64,000 nucleotides of DNA from Synechococcus sp. (GCA_051439425.1 JBFRWD010000138.1:1-64000), one strand, 5' to 3'; positions 53,433-64,000 are shown, counted from the stretch's first letter. Made by a program: numbers and translations. The notes: a model not told the origin generated them from the letters alone.

Positions 53433-55160
53433 ATGGACCGCGTGACAACTTCTGGCCCTGCGTCTTCTAAGAACGCGCTGTTTCAGCACTACGACGTTCG
53501 AGAAATTTCCCGATACTATCGATGGAGATTTCTACGAGTGTTCGCGCGAGCGCTGTCAGTATCTCTACGCTTGTTCGCGTTTTACACCGGCTTGCAATGC
53601 GATCGCCTGTTTCATCGCACCGGCCCCAAGCAAGTTCAACGACGTTCCATTCAATTGCGAGATCTGTTGACCAATTTAGGGCCAACGTTCATCAAAGTGG
53701 GTCAAGCCCTATCGACACGGGCCGACCTGGTGCGAGCAGACTACCTCGAAGAACTCACCAAATTACAAGATCAACTGCCTACCTTCCCCAACCGGATTGC
53801 TTTCGCCATTATCGAACGGGAGCTGGGAGATGTAGTTGACGAAATCTATGCCTCGATGGACACCAGTCCTGTCGCAGCGGCTAGCTTGGGACAAGTCTAT
53901 AAAGCTCGACTCAAATCCGGTGAAACCGTTGCGGTCAAGGTACAACGACCGAATCTGCGTAAGAACCTTACCCTCGACCTCTACATCATCCGCTGGATGT
54001 CCACATGGGTTTACCGTTGGCTACCGCTCAACCTTGGCCAGTCGCTAACCGAAGCAGTAGACGAGTTCGGCATCAAGCTATTTGAAGAAATTGACTATAT
54101 CAACGAAGGCCAAAACTGCGAGCGATTCGCAAGCTATTTCAAAGATGACCCAGAGGTCTACGTCCCCAAAATCCACTGGCAGTACACCTCTCGTCGGGTA
54201 CTCACCCTGGAATGGATTGACGGCATTAAACTGACCGATACTCCAGGTATCCGTTCTGCAGGGCTGGAAATTCAGAAGCTGATTCGCATCGGTGTGGAAT
54301 CTTCCCTCAAGCAGCTACTTGAATACGGCTTCTTCCATGCCGATCCTCACCCCGGTAATTTGTTCGCACTGCGAGACGGTCGCTTGGCATTCATCGACTT
54401 CGGGATGATGGACCAGCTGACCCAAGATCGCAAAGAACGACTGGTGGATGCCTTAGTTCATATGGTCAATCAAGATTACGCCAGCCTGTTTGAAGATTTC
54501 CAGTATCTGGAGTTCTTGACGGAGACCGTCGAGCCAGCGCCGATTGTAGATGCCATGCAGTTGATGCTGGACGACATCCTGAACGAGAAAGTCAAAGACT
54601 TCAATTTCAAGACAGCAACCGATCGCTTTGCTGGACTCGTTTACGAATATCCGTTCCGCGTCCCCCCTAATTTCGCCCTAATCATCCGCTCTCTTGTCAC
54701 GTTGGAAGGGGTAGCCCTTAGCCTTTCCCCTGACTTCCGCATCATTGGCGTGGCCTATCCTTACGTAGCCCGCCGCTTGCTAACGGACGAGTCTCCCCAA
54801 CTACGCCAACGCCTGCTAGAGGTGTTGTTCCGCGATGGCAAATTCCGCTGGCAGCGGTTGGAAAACTTGATTGATATTGCCCGAACCGATGGTAATGCCT
54901 TAAATCTGACCTCAACGGCGCGCGTTGCCGTGGGATATCTGATGTCAGATGAAGCGAGCGACCTGCGTCATCAAATTGTGACCGCCCTGACAGAAGACGA
55001 TCGCCTGCACGTTGCAGAAGTCCAGCGATTGTGGGAACGCATTCAGCCTGAACTGACTCCCGAACAGCTCTTACAAGCCGCAACAGCCAGCATTCGCGAT
55101 GCTCTCCCCGAAGCAGTGGTTGCTCCCATCGACCAACTCGCTCGCCTACTACCTCGCTAA
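53433..55160 (+). CDS. ABC1/AarF/UbiB atypical kinase
   Basis: LGPTFIKVGQ, AAASLGQVY, VAVKVQRP, FHADPHPGN, IDFGMM. Confidence 0.95.
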   Translation: MDRVTTSGPASSKNALFQHYDVREISRYYRWRFLRVFARALSVSLRLFAFYTGLQCDRLFHRTGPKQVQRRSIQLRDLLTNLGPTFIKVGQALSTRADLVRADYLEELTKLQDQLPTFPNRIAFAIIERELGDVVDEIYASMDTSPVAAASLGQVYKARLKSGETVAVKVQRPNLRKNLTLDLYIIRWMSTWVYRWLPLNLGQSLTEAVDEFGIKLFEEIDYINEGQNCERFASYFKDDPEVYVPKIHWQYTSRRVLTLEWIDGIKLTDTPGIRSAGLEIQKLIRIGVESSLKQLLEYGFFHADPHPGNLFALRDGRLAFIDFGMMDQLTQDRKERLVDALVHMVNQDYASLFEDFQYLEFLTETVEPAPIVDAMQLMLDDILNEKVKDFNFKTATDRFAGLVYEYPFRVPPNFALIIRSLVTLEGVALSLSPDFRIIGVAYPYVARRLLTDESPQLRQRLLEVLFRDGKFRWQRLENLIDIARTDGNALNLTSTARVAVGYLMSDEASDLRHQIVTALTEDDRLHVAEVQRLWERIQPELTPEQLLQAATASIRDALPEAVVAPIDQLARLLPR

Positions 55161-55293
55161 TCGGGTGGGGAGCGGTGAGTACCAATCACGACGCCAATAG
55201 CAGCGGTAGCCTCGGCGTCACTGCCGCCATCTCTCTCGGGTGAGAGAAAGGTGACTGGTAGGATGGATTGGTTACTGCATTTCGGACAGGGTA

Positions 55294-55665
55294 GTGAGCG
55301 AAAATCGTTCTGACTTCTTTACGGGGTTAGTGGCTGGCGCATTCATGGGGGGAGTCGTTGGTGGTGTACTCGGTGCTGTACTGACCCAGCAGTTAGCACC
55401 CGGCAAATCCAAATCCTCTCGCCGGCGTGAAAAATCTCGTCGAGCGCGTCGCAGCACCACCCGTCGTTTAGCCGCTACGGTAGATTCTCAAGAGCTTCTG
55501 GATGAAGTGCGTCAGGATGCCGATTTGGCAATTGCCGAAGCACGCCGCAGCCTAGAAGACAAAATTTCTCAACTGAATGCGGCGATTGAAGATACGCGTG
55601 CAAACTTCTTAACAACAGACGAAGCGCACAATGGAAGCGCTACCGAACTGCAGGATGCAGGATAA
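55294..55665 (+). CDS. Conserved cyanobacterial hypothetical protein (Gly-rich TM plus coiled coil)
   Basis: FFTGLVAGAFMGGVVGGVLG and ARRSLEDKISQLNAAIED; directly upstream of yggT. Confidence 0.8.
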   Translation: MSENRSDFFTGLVAGAFMGGVVGGVLGAVLTQQLAPGKSKSSRRREKSRRARRSTTRRLAATVDSQELLDEVRQDADLAIAEARRSLEDKISQLNAAIEDTRANFLTTDEAHNGSATELQDAG

Positions 55666-55795
55666 GTCCAACCCCCTCTCATCTTGAAAGACAACGAGTT
55701 CTGGATTCAGAACCGCGATCGAAGCTATCCTGACAGCTAGAACAGTTCCGTAGCCACCCGGCTTTATTGACGTTGAAAAGAGGTCTCTCAGATTC

Positions 55796-56077
55796 ATGAA
55801 CGCGCTCTACGTGTTAGGAACCATCGACCAGGTGCTTGTTCAAACTATCTCGATCTACTCATTTCTGTTGATTGTTCGGGTGCTGCTGACTTGGTTCCCC
55901 AATGTCAACTGGTCTAACCCAATTTTGTCTGCATTGCGCCAGATTACCGACCCATATCTCAACTTATTCCGCTCGTTTGTCCCCACCTTTGGCGGCATGG
56001 ATTTCTCCCCAATGCTGGCCATATTTGCGCTCCAGTTTCTCCAAAGAGCACTGGTTTCAGCCATTTACGCTTTCTAG
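55796..56077 (+). CDS. YggT family protein (YlmG-like)
   Basis: RVLLTWFPN, ITDPYLNLFR, GGMDFSP. Confidence 0.92.
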   Translation: MNALYVLGTIDQVLVQTISIYSFLLIVRVLLTWFPNVNWSNPILSALRQITDPYLNLFRSFVPTFGGMDFSPMLAIFALQFLQRALVSAIYAF

Positions 56078-56176
56078 ATATCAACGCGTTATCCAAGAAA
56101 TGTTGAAGGCGACTTCTTTTGAGACAGTCGCCAAATTTGTTTTATTGCAAAAAAATGTCTGCCTGAGTGAATGCGG

Positions 56177-56608
56177 CTAGCGATTCACCATTCCTCGGAA
56201 CCCCTTGGCCTTAAACTGCTTGAGCTGCAGGGGCAAAGGATTATTTGCTGGCACGCCAATTTGGATCGAGAACGTACTTGTACCAGGAGGTACTTCTTCA
56301 ATCGCGCCTAACCGAGTACGTTCCGGCCAGACATCATTGCCGCTGCCGTCATAAATGCGGCCAAAAATATCGGCGTTATAAACCAAGCGATCGGTAGGGT
56401 TATCGACTGTACCTTCAATCAGGAAGCACTGCACGGCAGCAGAGGACGCACCACTCATGGGCAGATTTTGATATTCGGGAGCATCCGGACAATCAACCGT
56501 ATGCAGATCACTCAGTTCCATCGGCACCTTGCCACCAAAGCCGAATAAGCAAATGGCGATCGCCGTTGCAAACAGTAGTTTGATGAATTGAGGGCAACGT
56601 GCCAGCAT
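56177..56608 (-). CDS. Conserved hypothetical exported protein
   Basis: Signal-like N-terminus, Cys pair, NADIFGRIYD, RTRLGAI, LKQFKA. Confidence 0.7.
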   Translation of the reverse strand: MLARCPQFIKLLFATAIAICLFGFGGKVPMELSDLHTVDCPDAPEYQNLPMSGASSAAVQCFLIEGTVDNPTDRLVYNADIFGRIYDGSGNDVWPERTRLGAIEEVPPGTSTFSIQIGVPANNPLPLQLKQFKAKGFRGMVNR

Positions 56609-56683
56609 TCCGAATTCCTGCTAGTTGAAAAGTAACGATCGAAAACGCGATCGGCGAGACTGGCCCCGCAGGCCGCTCAGTTT

Positions 56684-57316
56684 TTAGTGTAGGGGGAAAC
56701 TCCCACTCTGTTGGGCGTTTTTCTCTGCCAGCCCTGGCTCCTGCACCCAAATGTCATCCTCAGTGACGATCGCCCCCAAATGTACATCCCACGACTCGTA
56801 CGGCAACTGAGTCTCAGACCAGCAAGCCGCAGGGATAACCCCTACCGTCAATGCATTCTGGAGGTGGGGGGAAGCCAAGCAGCGATCGTAAAATCCTCCT
56901 CCATATCCCAATCTCGTTCCCTGGCGATCGCAAGCAATCGCCGGTACTAAAACGATATCCACTAGCTCTAACGCAATAGACGGACAATTGGAGTCCGGTT
57001 CCAGAACGCCCCACTGGGCTCTCTGCAGCGTGTCACCCAGCTGATAGACATGCCAATCCATCTGATACTGCGGCAATGTGCGCGGCAACCCCCACGTCTT
57101 ATCGGGCCAGCTACGCATCAATGGAGACAGGTCAATCTCATCAAGCATCGCCCAATACGCGAGTATCGTTCGAGCCGTCTGCAGCAGGGGCCACCGGCGG
57201 AGGCGATCGCAGATTTGTCGACTAATCTCCTCGCGATCGATAGACCTACGCACCTGTTTGAAATATCGGCGGCAATCCACCTTGGACGAGTAATCTGGAA
57301 GGTCGAGTTGAGACAT
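56684..57316 (-). CDS. 5-formyltetrahydrofolate cyclo-ligase
   Basis: EIDL, WGVLEP, VLVPAIACDRQGTRLGYGGGFYDR, LPYESWD. Confidence 0.95.
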   Translation of the reverse strand: MSQLDLPDYSSKVDCRRYFKQVRRSIDREEISRQICDRLRRWPLLQTARTILAYWAMLDEIDLSPLMRSWPDKTWGLPRTLPQYQMDWHVYQLGDTLQRAQWGVLEPDSNCPSIALELVDIVLVPAIACDRQGTRLGYGGGFYDRCLASPHLQNALTVGVIPAACWSETQLPYESWDVHLGAIVTEDDIWVQEPGLAEKNAQQSGSFPLH

Positions 57317-57386
57317 GACAACTTGGTCGGGACGCGAAACGTTGATAGCCTAATAAACTGTATGGTCGAATGGGAGTGGGGCAAGG

Positions 57387-58811
57387 GTGCATGTACAGGT
57401 GTTAGGCATGGGCAAATCCGGCCTGGCTGCTGCCGAATTACTCTTGCATCAAGGACACTCTGTCTTGATATGCGACGAACGGGATAATGCATATCTGCAA
57501 GACCATCAATCCACTCTGGAAGCCAACGGAATCGAAGTTCAACTGGGGCAACCATTTGCCCCAGTGACAGGGATTGAGCAAATCATTGTCAGTCCGGGGG
57601 TGAACTGGCTCTTGCCCGCCTTGGAAACCGCCCGAGCTGATGGGATTGAAACGATTGGCGAAGCCGAATTAGCGTGGCGATCGCTCGGTACCATTCCGTG
57701 GATTGGCATTACCGGCACCAATGGAAAAACGACCACTACAGCCCTAGTTGCCGCCATCCTAAACACTGCGGGGCTAGATGCACCGGCGTGCGGCAATATC
57801 GGCCTGCCTCTGTGCCAAGTAGCTCTCGACACTCTAAGGGGCGATCTCACCCCTGACTGGATTGTGGCCGAGCTTAGCAGCTATCAGTTGGAAGCGGCCT
57901 CTACACTAGCGCCCCAGATCGCCATTTGGACCACCCTCAGCGACGATCATCTAGCCCGTCACGGCACTCTAGAGCGCTACGCAGACATCAAAGCATCCCT
58001 CAGTCGACGAGCTAAACAAGCCATTTTGAATGGAGATGATGACTACATTCGTAGCCAGCGACCGCAGTGGCCACAGGCATCATGGACATCATGCAGCGAT
58101 CGCGAGGCAGAAACACACCTCGCCCCCTGCAAGGCTATCCAGTCTCCAGCAATCGCTCAGTCCTCTAACGGTACCTCCTCCTCTGCCAAAGAGCAGTCAG
58201 AGTGGGTATGGCACAAAGGATCGGCTATTGTCCCTTTGACGGATTTCACTCTGCTCGGCCAGCACAATCACCAAAATCTGCTAATGGCCGTTGCTGCCGC
58301 CCGCCACGCGGGCATCTCCACTCAAGATATTCAAACGGCAATCCGTACGTTCCCCCCAATGCCCCACCGTCTCCAGCCGGTGCAAGAATTAGCTGGAGTC
58401 ACCTTCATAAATGACAGCAAAGCCACCAACTACGATGCAGCCTTAGTTGGCCTCAACTCGGTGTCTGGACCTCTAGTCCTGATCGCTGGCGGCGATCCTA
58501 AAGTGGGAGACGGTAGTCATTGGTTCCGCACCATTCGCGACAAGGTGGGATCTGTAGTGCTAATCGGCAAAGCTGCCGAGCAATTTGCGGCTGGCCTGCA
58601 AGATTTTCAGTACACTAACTTTCAACTGGTGGAGGGGCTTGAAACCGCCGTGCCCATTGCGTTTAAGCGGGCTCGCGAAATTGCCCAGTCTGCGGCCTCC
58701 CCCACCGCTACTGTCCTTCTGTCTCCCGCCTGTGCCAGCTTCGATCAGTACGCCAACTTCGAACACCGAGGGGAGCATTTCCAACAATGCTGCCAGCAAT
58801 TGGTCATCTGA
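57387..58811 (+). CDS. murD: UDP-N-acetylmuramoylalanine--D-glutamate ligase
   Basis: GMGKSG, ITGTNGKTTT, ELSSYQL, DHLARH, NDSKATN, LLSPACASFDQY. Confidence 0.97.
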   Translation: MHVQVLGMGKSGLAAAELLLHQGHSVLICDERDNAYLQDHQSTLEANGIEVQLGQPFAPVTGIEQIIVSPGVNWLLPALETARADGIETIGEAELAWRSLGTIPWIGITGTNGKTTTTALVAAILNTAGLDAPACGNIGLPLCQVALDTLRGDLTPDWIVAELSSYQLEAASTLAPQIAIWTTLSDDHLARHGTLERYADIKASLSRRAKQAILNGDDDYIRSQRPQWPQASWTSCSDREAETHLAPCKAIQSPAIAQSSNGTSSSAKEQSEWVWHKGSAIVPLTDFTLLGQHNHQNLLMAVAAARHAGISTQDIQTAIRTFPPMPHRLQPVQELAGVTFINDSKATNYDAALVGLNSVSGPLVLIAGGDPKVGDGSHWFRTIRDKVGSVVLIGKAAEQFAAGLQDFQYTNFQLVEGLETAVPIAFKRAREIAQSAASPTATVLLSPACASFDQYANFEHRGEHFQQCCQQLVI

Positions 58812-60003
58812 GGCTCGGTGGCTGCAATCGCTCACCCTATTATGGCTGGGCTTAGGCTTGCTAGCATTGGCATCAGCGTCGCTCCCCGATGCTCAAGCAA
58901 CCCATAGCGATGGTCTCTACTTCTTCAAGCGACAGCTAGGGTTCGCCATGATGGGCTTGGGCTGCATGGCTGTCATTACCCGCATTGAAATGCAGCACTG
59001 GTTCAAAGCCTGCGGGGTGCTGTACATTGCAGCCCTCCTGTTAGTCCTGGCAACTCACACGGGGCTGGGGGTCACCATTAACGGTGCTAGCCGCTGGCTG
59101 CAACTGGGCATGACGGTACAGCCCTCCGAATTTCTCAAGCCACTCCTGATCCTGCAGGCCGCCGTTGTATTTGGTCAGTGGTATACCTCCCCTGCATGGT
59201 ATCGAGCCCTATGGATTGGCTTATTTGGGATGGGGATGGGGGCAGTTCTCACTCAGCCGGATTTAGGAACAACAGCCATCTGTGGCATGACATTATGGCT
59301 GATGGCGTTTGTGGGAGGAGTGACCTTCCGCATGTTGTTTTCAACGGTATTGTTGGGGGCATCTACAGCTGCTCTGAGCATCTTCCTGAATCCGTACCAG
59401 TGGGATCGCGTCAAAGCTCTCTTTCTACCCACAGCGGAAGCGCAGGCAGAAAATTATCAAGTCATCCAAAGCTTGATCGCTATTGGGTCGGGAGGCATTT
59501 GGGGGCTGGGGTTTGGCTTATCCCATCAGAAGCTGCACTACTTGCCTATCCAATACACCGATTTTATTTTTTCTGTCTACGCTGAAGAATTTGGCGCTGT
59601 GGGCACAATTGGCTTCATCGTTCTGCTGGTCGCTTTCACAATCTTGGCGCTGAGAGTAGCGGATCTGTGTACCGATCTGCGATTGCGGCTGGTGGCTTAC
59701 GGCTGTTTGTTTCTGCTGGTGGGACAAGCGGCCATCAATATTGGTGTGGTCGTCAGCTTGCTACCCACTACTGGTGTGACGCTGCCGTTATTTAGCTATG
59801 GCGGTAGTTCCATTTTGGCCAGTATTGTCTCGGCAGGCTTCTTGATCCGAGTGGCACGTGAATGTCGACGAACCCATACAACCTCTATCGATCGTAATCC
59901 TCAACCCGACCGAGTCAAGCCACCGACAATCGCCGATCGCATGCGCATTCTCCCCGGCAAGGCTCCTCATCAAGATACGGTCTCCGAGCAGCAACCTTTA
60001 TAG
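58732..60003 (+). CDS. ftsW: SEDS-family peptidoglycan glycosyltransferase FtsW (start uncertain)
   Basis: INGASRW, QPSEFLK, QPDLGT, YQVIQSLIAIGSGG, TDFIFSVYAEEFG, LPTTGVTLPLFSYGGSS. Confidence 0.92.
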   Translation: MPASISTPTSNTEGSISNNAASNWSSEARWLQSLTLLWLGLGLLALASASLPDAQATHSDGLYFFKRQLGFAMMGLGCMAVITRIEMQHWFKACGVLYIAALLLVLATHTGLGVTINGASRWLQLGMTVQPSEFLKPLLILQAAVVFGQWYTSPAWYRALWIGLFGMGMGAVLTQPDLGTTAICGMTLWLMAFVGGVTFRMLFSTVLLGASTAALSIFLNPYQWDRVKALFLPTAEAQAENYQVIQSLIAIGSGGIWGLGFGLSHQKLHYLPIQYTDFIFSVYAEEFGAVGTIGFIVLLVAFTILALRVADLCTDLRLRLVAYGCLFLLVGQAAINIGVVVSLLPTTGVTLPLFSYGGSSILASIVSAGFLIRVARECRRTHTTSIDRNPQPDRVKPPTIADRMRILPGKAPHQDTVSEQQPL

Positions 60004-60057
60004 TTCCGACCTTTGCACCAATAAAGAGTGACAGCTGAGGCTACATGGAATCGAGCA

Positions 60058-60558
60058 CTAAGCCGATGTGACGGCCAAAGATCGATCGCAGCGGTTGTAC
60101 CAGACCGTCAGCGCGATCGCCAAACCGTCGGCGGCATCATCCGGGCGGGGAATCGTCTCCAGTCGTAGCTCTCGTGTCACCGCCTCTTGAACCGCTAACT
60201 TATCGGCACTGCCGTAGCCGGTCAAAGCCTGCTTAATTTGGGCAGGAGTATATTCAGTCGGGGCAAACCCGTGCTGGGCCAGTGCCAGCAGAATCACCCC
60301 TCTAGCCTGCGCCACCAGAATCGTATTGCCCATACGGTAAAAGAACAGTTTTTCAATCCCTACCCAATCGGGCTGGAACTCAGTCAGCAGCGTGTTCAAA
60401 TCCTGGTAAAGAATATCGAGTCGAGTAGGAACGGGAGTCTTTTTAGGGGTCGATATAATGCCGCACTCCAACATGTCGATGTCGCGATCGTCGTCAGCAG
60501 CAATCAACCCGAATCCCATTGTTCCCATACCGGGGTCGATTCCCAGAATTCGCACCAT
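60058..60558 (-). CDS. ruvC: Holliday junction resolvase
   Basis: [37 protein letters not shown]. Confidence 0.97.
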   Translation of the reverse strand: MVRILGIDPGMGTMGFGLIAADDDRDIDMLECGIISTPKKTPVPTRLDILYQDLNTLLTEFQPDWVGIEKLFFYRMGNTILVAQARGVILLALAQHGFAPTEYTPAQIKQALTGYGSADKLAVQEAVTRELRLETIPRPDDAADGLAIALTVWYNRCDRSLAVTSA

Positions 60559-60609
60559 GACACCCAACCCCGATCTACCCTCAGCCCATTAAACTCGGGA
60601 TTAAACCAA

Positions 60610-61122
60610 CTAGCTGGATGGAGACTTTTGGGGAGCTATCCCGGGGGCAACGTACAACCACCCCGACCACAATGTCAGGCCCACCGCTAGCCAAAAGCAG
60701 AGTTGTCCTCCGGGTAAACGGGCGATCAGCAGGGCGATCGCCACAATTTGCACCACAGTCTTGCTTTTACCCCACCAGTTGGCTCCAGACACCTGCCGTT
60801 GCTGACTGCGCCAGCCAGAAATAGCTAGCTCCCTCGCCAACATGAGAAATAGCCCCCAAGCAGGAATCTGCTGCTGTTGCACCAGACACAGCAATGGCGC
60901 TAATGTCAGCAGTTTATCTACTAGCGGATCGAGCAATTTTCCCAAATCGGTCACTTGATTGAGCTTGCGAGCCAAGTAGCCATCCAGCCAATCCGTCCCT
61001 GCCCCGATTAAGAACGCAACTAATGCAGCTATTCGCCAGACAGGAGTATCCAACGTCAGCCCCACCAGAATAATGGGGACAACAAACAAGCGGGAAACGG
61101 TGATCCAAGTGGGCAGGTTCAT
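60610..61122 (-). CDS. pgsA: CDP-diacylglycerol--glycerol-3-phosphate 3-phosphatidyltransferase
   Basis: NLPTWITVSR, TDWLDGYLAR, GKLLDPLVDK, ARELAISGWR. Confidence 0.96.
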   Translation of the reverse strand: MNLPTWITVSRLFVVPIILVGLTLDTPVWRIAALVAFLIGAGTDWLDGYLARKLNQVTDLGKLLDPLVDKLLTLAPLLCLVQQQQIPAWGLFLMLARELAISGWRSQQRQVSGANWWGKSKTVVQIVAIALLIARLPGGQLCFWLAVGLTLWSGWLYVAPGIAPQKSPSS

Positions 61123-61281
61123 AAAGCAGCAGACAGGGGAATCAGCCCTCGGCAAGCCGAAAGCATTATTATTTCGAGTCTAAAGCTCTCGCGGGCGAGA
61201 TATCCCAATCCAGAGCGGAGCATTTTGCCCAAGCAGGCTCAACAGACAACGGCCATCAAGACAACCATTAAAGCTTCACGC

Positions 61282-62310
61282 TTACTCTTCTTCAGGCAGA
61301 GTGAGTTGCGTCAGAGTACTGCGACCGGCGACGCTAAACGTCTTCGTAGCCCAATTGGCTTGGCCGGTCGATCCCACTACATTCAAATCTTGATCGGGTT
61401 GCAGGTAACGCACATTGCCAAACGCCTGCGTAATATCGCTGCCAATCACCCATTCCGCCCGATCGGTCCACAGTTGAGCACCATCAGTTTCAGACAGCGC
61501 ATAGACGTTACCGGAGATGGTCAACAGGTTAGTCGGAATATCGAGCGACAGGGTTTCCCCCTGCATCCGTACCGATTCCCCTTGGTGGAAAACATCAATA
61601 TTTCCACGAGCGGTCACGACTTCTGCCGCCAAATCCCACTCCACCTCCAACATGGATAGTTCGAGAGGAGGCTCGCTCGACACTGCCAGGAGCGGCTCTT
61701 CGTCGTCGTCATTCGCTAGGCTAATGGTATTCGCCGACAAATCAGCAGTCAGCCGATCGCCCGTCAGCTCAATCTCGTTCTCCTGCTCGGTAATGATGAC
61801 ATTGCCCACCGCGGTCAGGATATTATCTTCCGGCAACCACGCGGCGCGATCGGAGGACAAGTCCAAATTCAGATGAGGTGCATCCGCCGTCACATCTTCC
61901 TCAAGCTCCATGCGCTGCTCCCCCGGCAGCACAATTCCAGACTTCGCTGCGATAAAAATTGTGTCCCCGGCCTCGTCATAGATGACACCAGATACATCAG
62001 ATAGTTGGGCCGATTCTCCACCATCCCCATAACGAGCGGTGGCGGCATTCAATTCCCACAGCAGATCGCCATCTTCATTAGTTTCAGTCAGTGTCAGATC
62101 TTCGTACACTAAGCCGCTGGCATCGTCATCCTCTGACGCTTCAGTGGCCTGAGTATCAGACGTATTCCGATTACCACCACCACAGGAGGCAAGCAGAGCC
62201 ATCAGAGTAAGGCCAATCACCGAAGTTTTCAGGCAATCCCAGCCAGTTTTAGAGCAAGCAACAAGTAACTTAGGTCGATGAGGGGAAGCTGTAAGCCGGG
62301 GAACAGTCAT
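61282..62310 (-). CDS. lptC: LptC/OstA-like LPS export lipoprotein
   Basis: Lipobox LLASC, LLWELNA, repeated beta-jellyroll segments; ATGA overlap with the upstream GT2. Confidence 0.75.
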   Translation of the reverse strand: MTVPRLTASPHRPKLLVACSKTGWDCLKTSVIGLTLMALLASCGGGNRNTSDTQATEASEDDDASGLVYEDLTLTETNEDGDLLWELNAATARYGDGGESAQLSDVSGVIYDEAGDTIFIAAKSGIVLPGEQRMELEEDVTADAPHLNLDLSSDRAAWLPEDNILTAVGNVIITEQENEIELTGDRLTADLSANTISLANDDDEEPLLAVSSEPPLELSMLEVEWDLAAEVVTARGNIDVFHQGESVRMQGETLSLDIPTNLLTISGNVYALSETDGAQLWTDRAEWVIGSDITQAFGNVRYLQPDQDLNVVGSTGQANWATKTFSVAGRSTLTQLTLPEEE

Positions 62311-63302
62311 TGTGCAGACCCTCGCTGAGACGGAGAAGGGGGCAGGGAAAGCTGACCGGTTTGTTTCCACTCCCGATAGGCTTCGTAGACTCCCTGGACG
62401 TTATACCAATTGAGAAAACAGACGCGGCAAAGCTCCAGAGCGAGTCCTGCCTGGCCGCGTGCCACGAGCCACTCTAACGCCGGACGTATGCGATGCTCGT
62501 TTAAGAATCCCCCCAAAGACAACAGCCCCCAGAGAATTTTGTGCAGCGGAGTCATTTGAATCATCAACCGCACATCCCACGTGGGGTGCTTTTGGTAGAA
62601 CAACACTCCCATGCGTCCCCGCTGCCATTCACGGTCGATTAAATAGGGAATGCGATCGAGGGTGAATTTAGGATTCCAGTGGTAGCCCGCAGCTTCAGGG
62701 GATTTCACCATGCGGATGCCAATATCTTTTAATCGCACCCCTAGCTCCAAATCTTCCCAGCCGTACAATTGGAAGCGGGTGTCGAAAGGGCCGTCTGGAG
62801 TTTCTGCAACTTCATCCAGCCAATGACGGGCGATCGCCACATTACCGGTCGCGAAAAAAGCGGCAGAGAAATCCGTTGGTTTGAAGGGTTCGGCACGGGG
62901 GTCGTCAAAGTTACTGGTGTTGATGACGCGACCGTAGACAAAAATTTTGGCTGGCTGCGATGACGTGTCGCTGGCATTGTGACGGAGAACCGCCGCATGG
63001 GCAGCCAGAAAGTTATCCACCACCACCAAGTCGCTGTCGATGAAGACAACCGTGTCCCCCTGCGACTTAGTCACTCCTAAATTGCGTGCAGCGGCTGGCC
63101 CGCAATGATCCTGAATGTACCAACTCACCCGCTCCAGTCCGGCCGATTCTAACCATGCAATTGTGTCATCGGTCGATCCATCATCGACCACGATCACTTC
63201 ATAGTCGTCGTAGCCTCCTGGCTCCTGCTGAGAAATTGCCCGCAGGCATTTCTGCAAGATCGGAAGGCGATTGTAGGTGGGGATGACCACGCTGAAAAAC
63301 AC
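62307..63302 (-). CDS. Glycosyltransferase family 2
   Basis: SVVIPTYNR, VVDDGSTD, GPAAARN, FIDSD, YGWEDLELG. Confidence 0.93.
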   Translation of the reverse strand: MFFSVVIPTYNRLPILQKCLRAISQQEPGGYDDYEVIVVDDGSTDDTIAWLESAGLERVSWYIQDHCGPAAARNLGVTKSQGDTVVFIDSDLVVVDNFLAAHAAVLRHNASDTSSQPAKIFVYGRVINTSNFDDPRAEPFKPTDFSAAFFATGNVAIARHWLDEVAETPDGPFDTRFQLYGWEDLELGVRLKDIGIRMVKSPEAAGYHWNPKFTLDRIPYLIDREWQRGRMGVLFYQKHPTWDVRLMIQMTPLHKILWGLLSLGGFLNEHRIRPALEWLVARGQAGLALELCRVCFLNWYNVQGVYEAYREWKQTGQLSLPPSPSQRGSAQ

Positions 63303-63374
63303 GGGGATCGACCTCTGCGGAGGGGGGAATCGGGATCGAGGGTATCGCTGATGTCACTGCACTGAGATTGAAGA

Positions 63375-64000
63375 CTAGCGATCGCCTGGTAACCACTGTA
63401 TCTCTACCCTATCGTCACACTGCACGTGCAATTGGTCTCTAGCGTTTCCGCCATTGACAGCCAGCTCGATCCAACCATGACTGCCAACAAGTGCCACAAC
63501 CTCTCCCTCCGCCACATCGCCATACGTCAATCCTCCAGGCACAGTGCGATCATTTGCGATCGCCACCCACTGTTCTCCAGCTGCCAATTCATCTACTAGC
63601 TCGCCCGGAATATTGGTAATCAGATTGCCGAAGCGATCGCAGGCCTGAACAATGCCCTCCAAACACGTCTCCGTTTTTTGCACTCGTGGAATAGGACGAA
63701 GCATTAAAGTTGCCGGATCGATGGGCGACCCCACTTGCAAAAGGGAGACACCAGCAGCCAAATGGGCACCCACCGGTGCAAAGATGTCGCGTCCATGAAA
63801 TGTTCGACTGGGACAAGGCACCCGCCAGTAGTCGGGGTTATTCAGCTCGACTGCAGCCTTTGCAGGAAAGCGATCGCACACCTGACTCAGCAATCCGTTA
63901 TCCGGTACGACAAAGATGCCGCATTCGCACTCCACAGCAACCGCTCGTCGCGCCCCTCCCACCCCCGGATCGATCACCGCCACATGTACCGTGTTGTAGG
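63375..64000 (-). CDS. SAM hydroxide adenosyltransferase / chlorinase-fluorinase family (DUF62); 5' end outside window
   Basis: VIDPGVG, PDNGLL, TFHGRDIFAP, DRFGNLITN, ELAVNGG. Confidence 0.93.
   Translation of the reverse strand, partial: YNTVHVAVIDPGVGGARRAVAVECECGIFVVPDNGLLSQVCDRFPAKAAVELNNPDYWRVPCPSRTFHGRDIFAPVGAHLAAGVSLLQVGSPIDPATLMLRPIPRVQKTETCLEGIVQACDRFGNLITNIPGELVDELAAGEQWVAIANDRTVPGGLTYGDVAEGEVVALVGSHGWIELAVNGGNARDQLHVQCDDRVEIQWLPGDR

Overview
Core-genome segment of a cyanobacterial chromosome. HIP1 octamers (GCGATCGC) are frequent, and the window carries por, a psbA-family gene and ccsA/B. An unsplit, intein-free dnaE suggests an early-branching or non-mainstream lineage (inference). 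Most of the window is scattered housekeeping genes: dnaE, ureB, tilS, serA, tkt, por, thrB, sodA, ccsA/B, murD, ftsW, ruvC, pgsA and others. Four parts stand out. (1) A rogue (group 2) D1 has lost several Mn-cluster ligands, carries a natural His198-to-Gln change at the P_D1 chlorophyll ligand, and keeps a normal-looking C-terminal processing site. (2) A translationally coupled pair of STAND-like P-loop ATPases (32874-36310) consists of one with an XRE-type HTH and one with a 26-unit GVxx glycine-zipper repeat. A divergent, unannotated 48-aa hydrophobic ORF sits next to it; this is the best candidate for an undescribed conflict/defence system. (3) A fimT-pilV-pilW-pilX-like minor pilin cluster has a PilW with an extra C-terminal domain. 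(4) A dUTPase is paired with a class II ribonucleotide reductase. I saw no tRNA, rRNA, CRISPR array or transposase. All family calls come from motif recognition by eye, without database searches.
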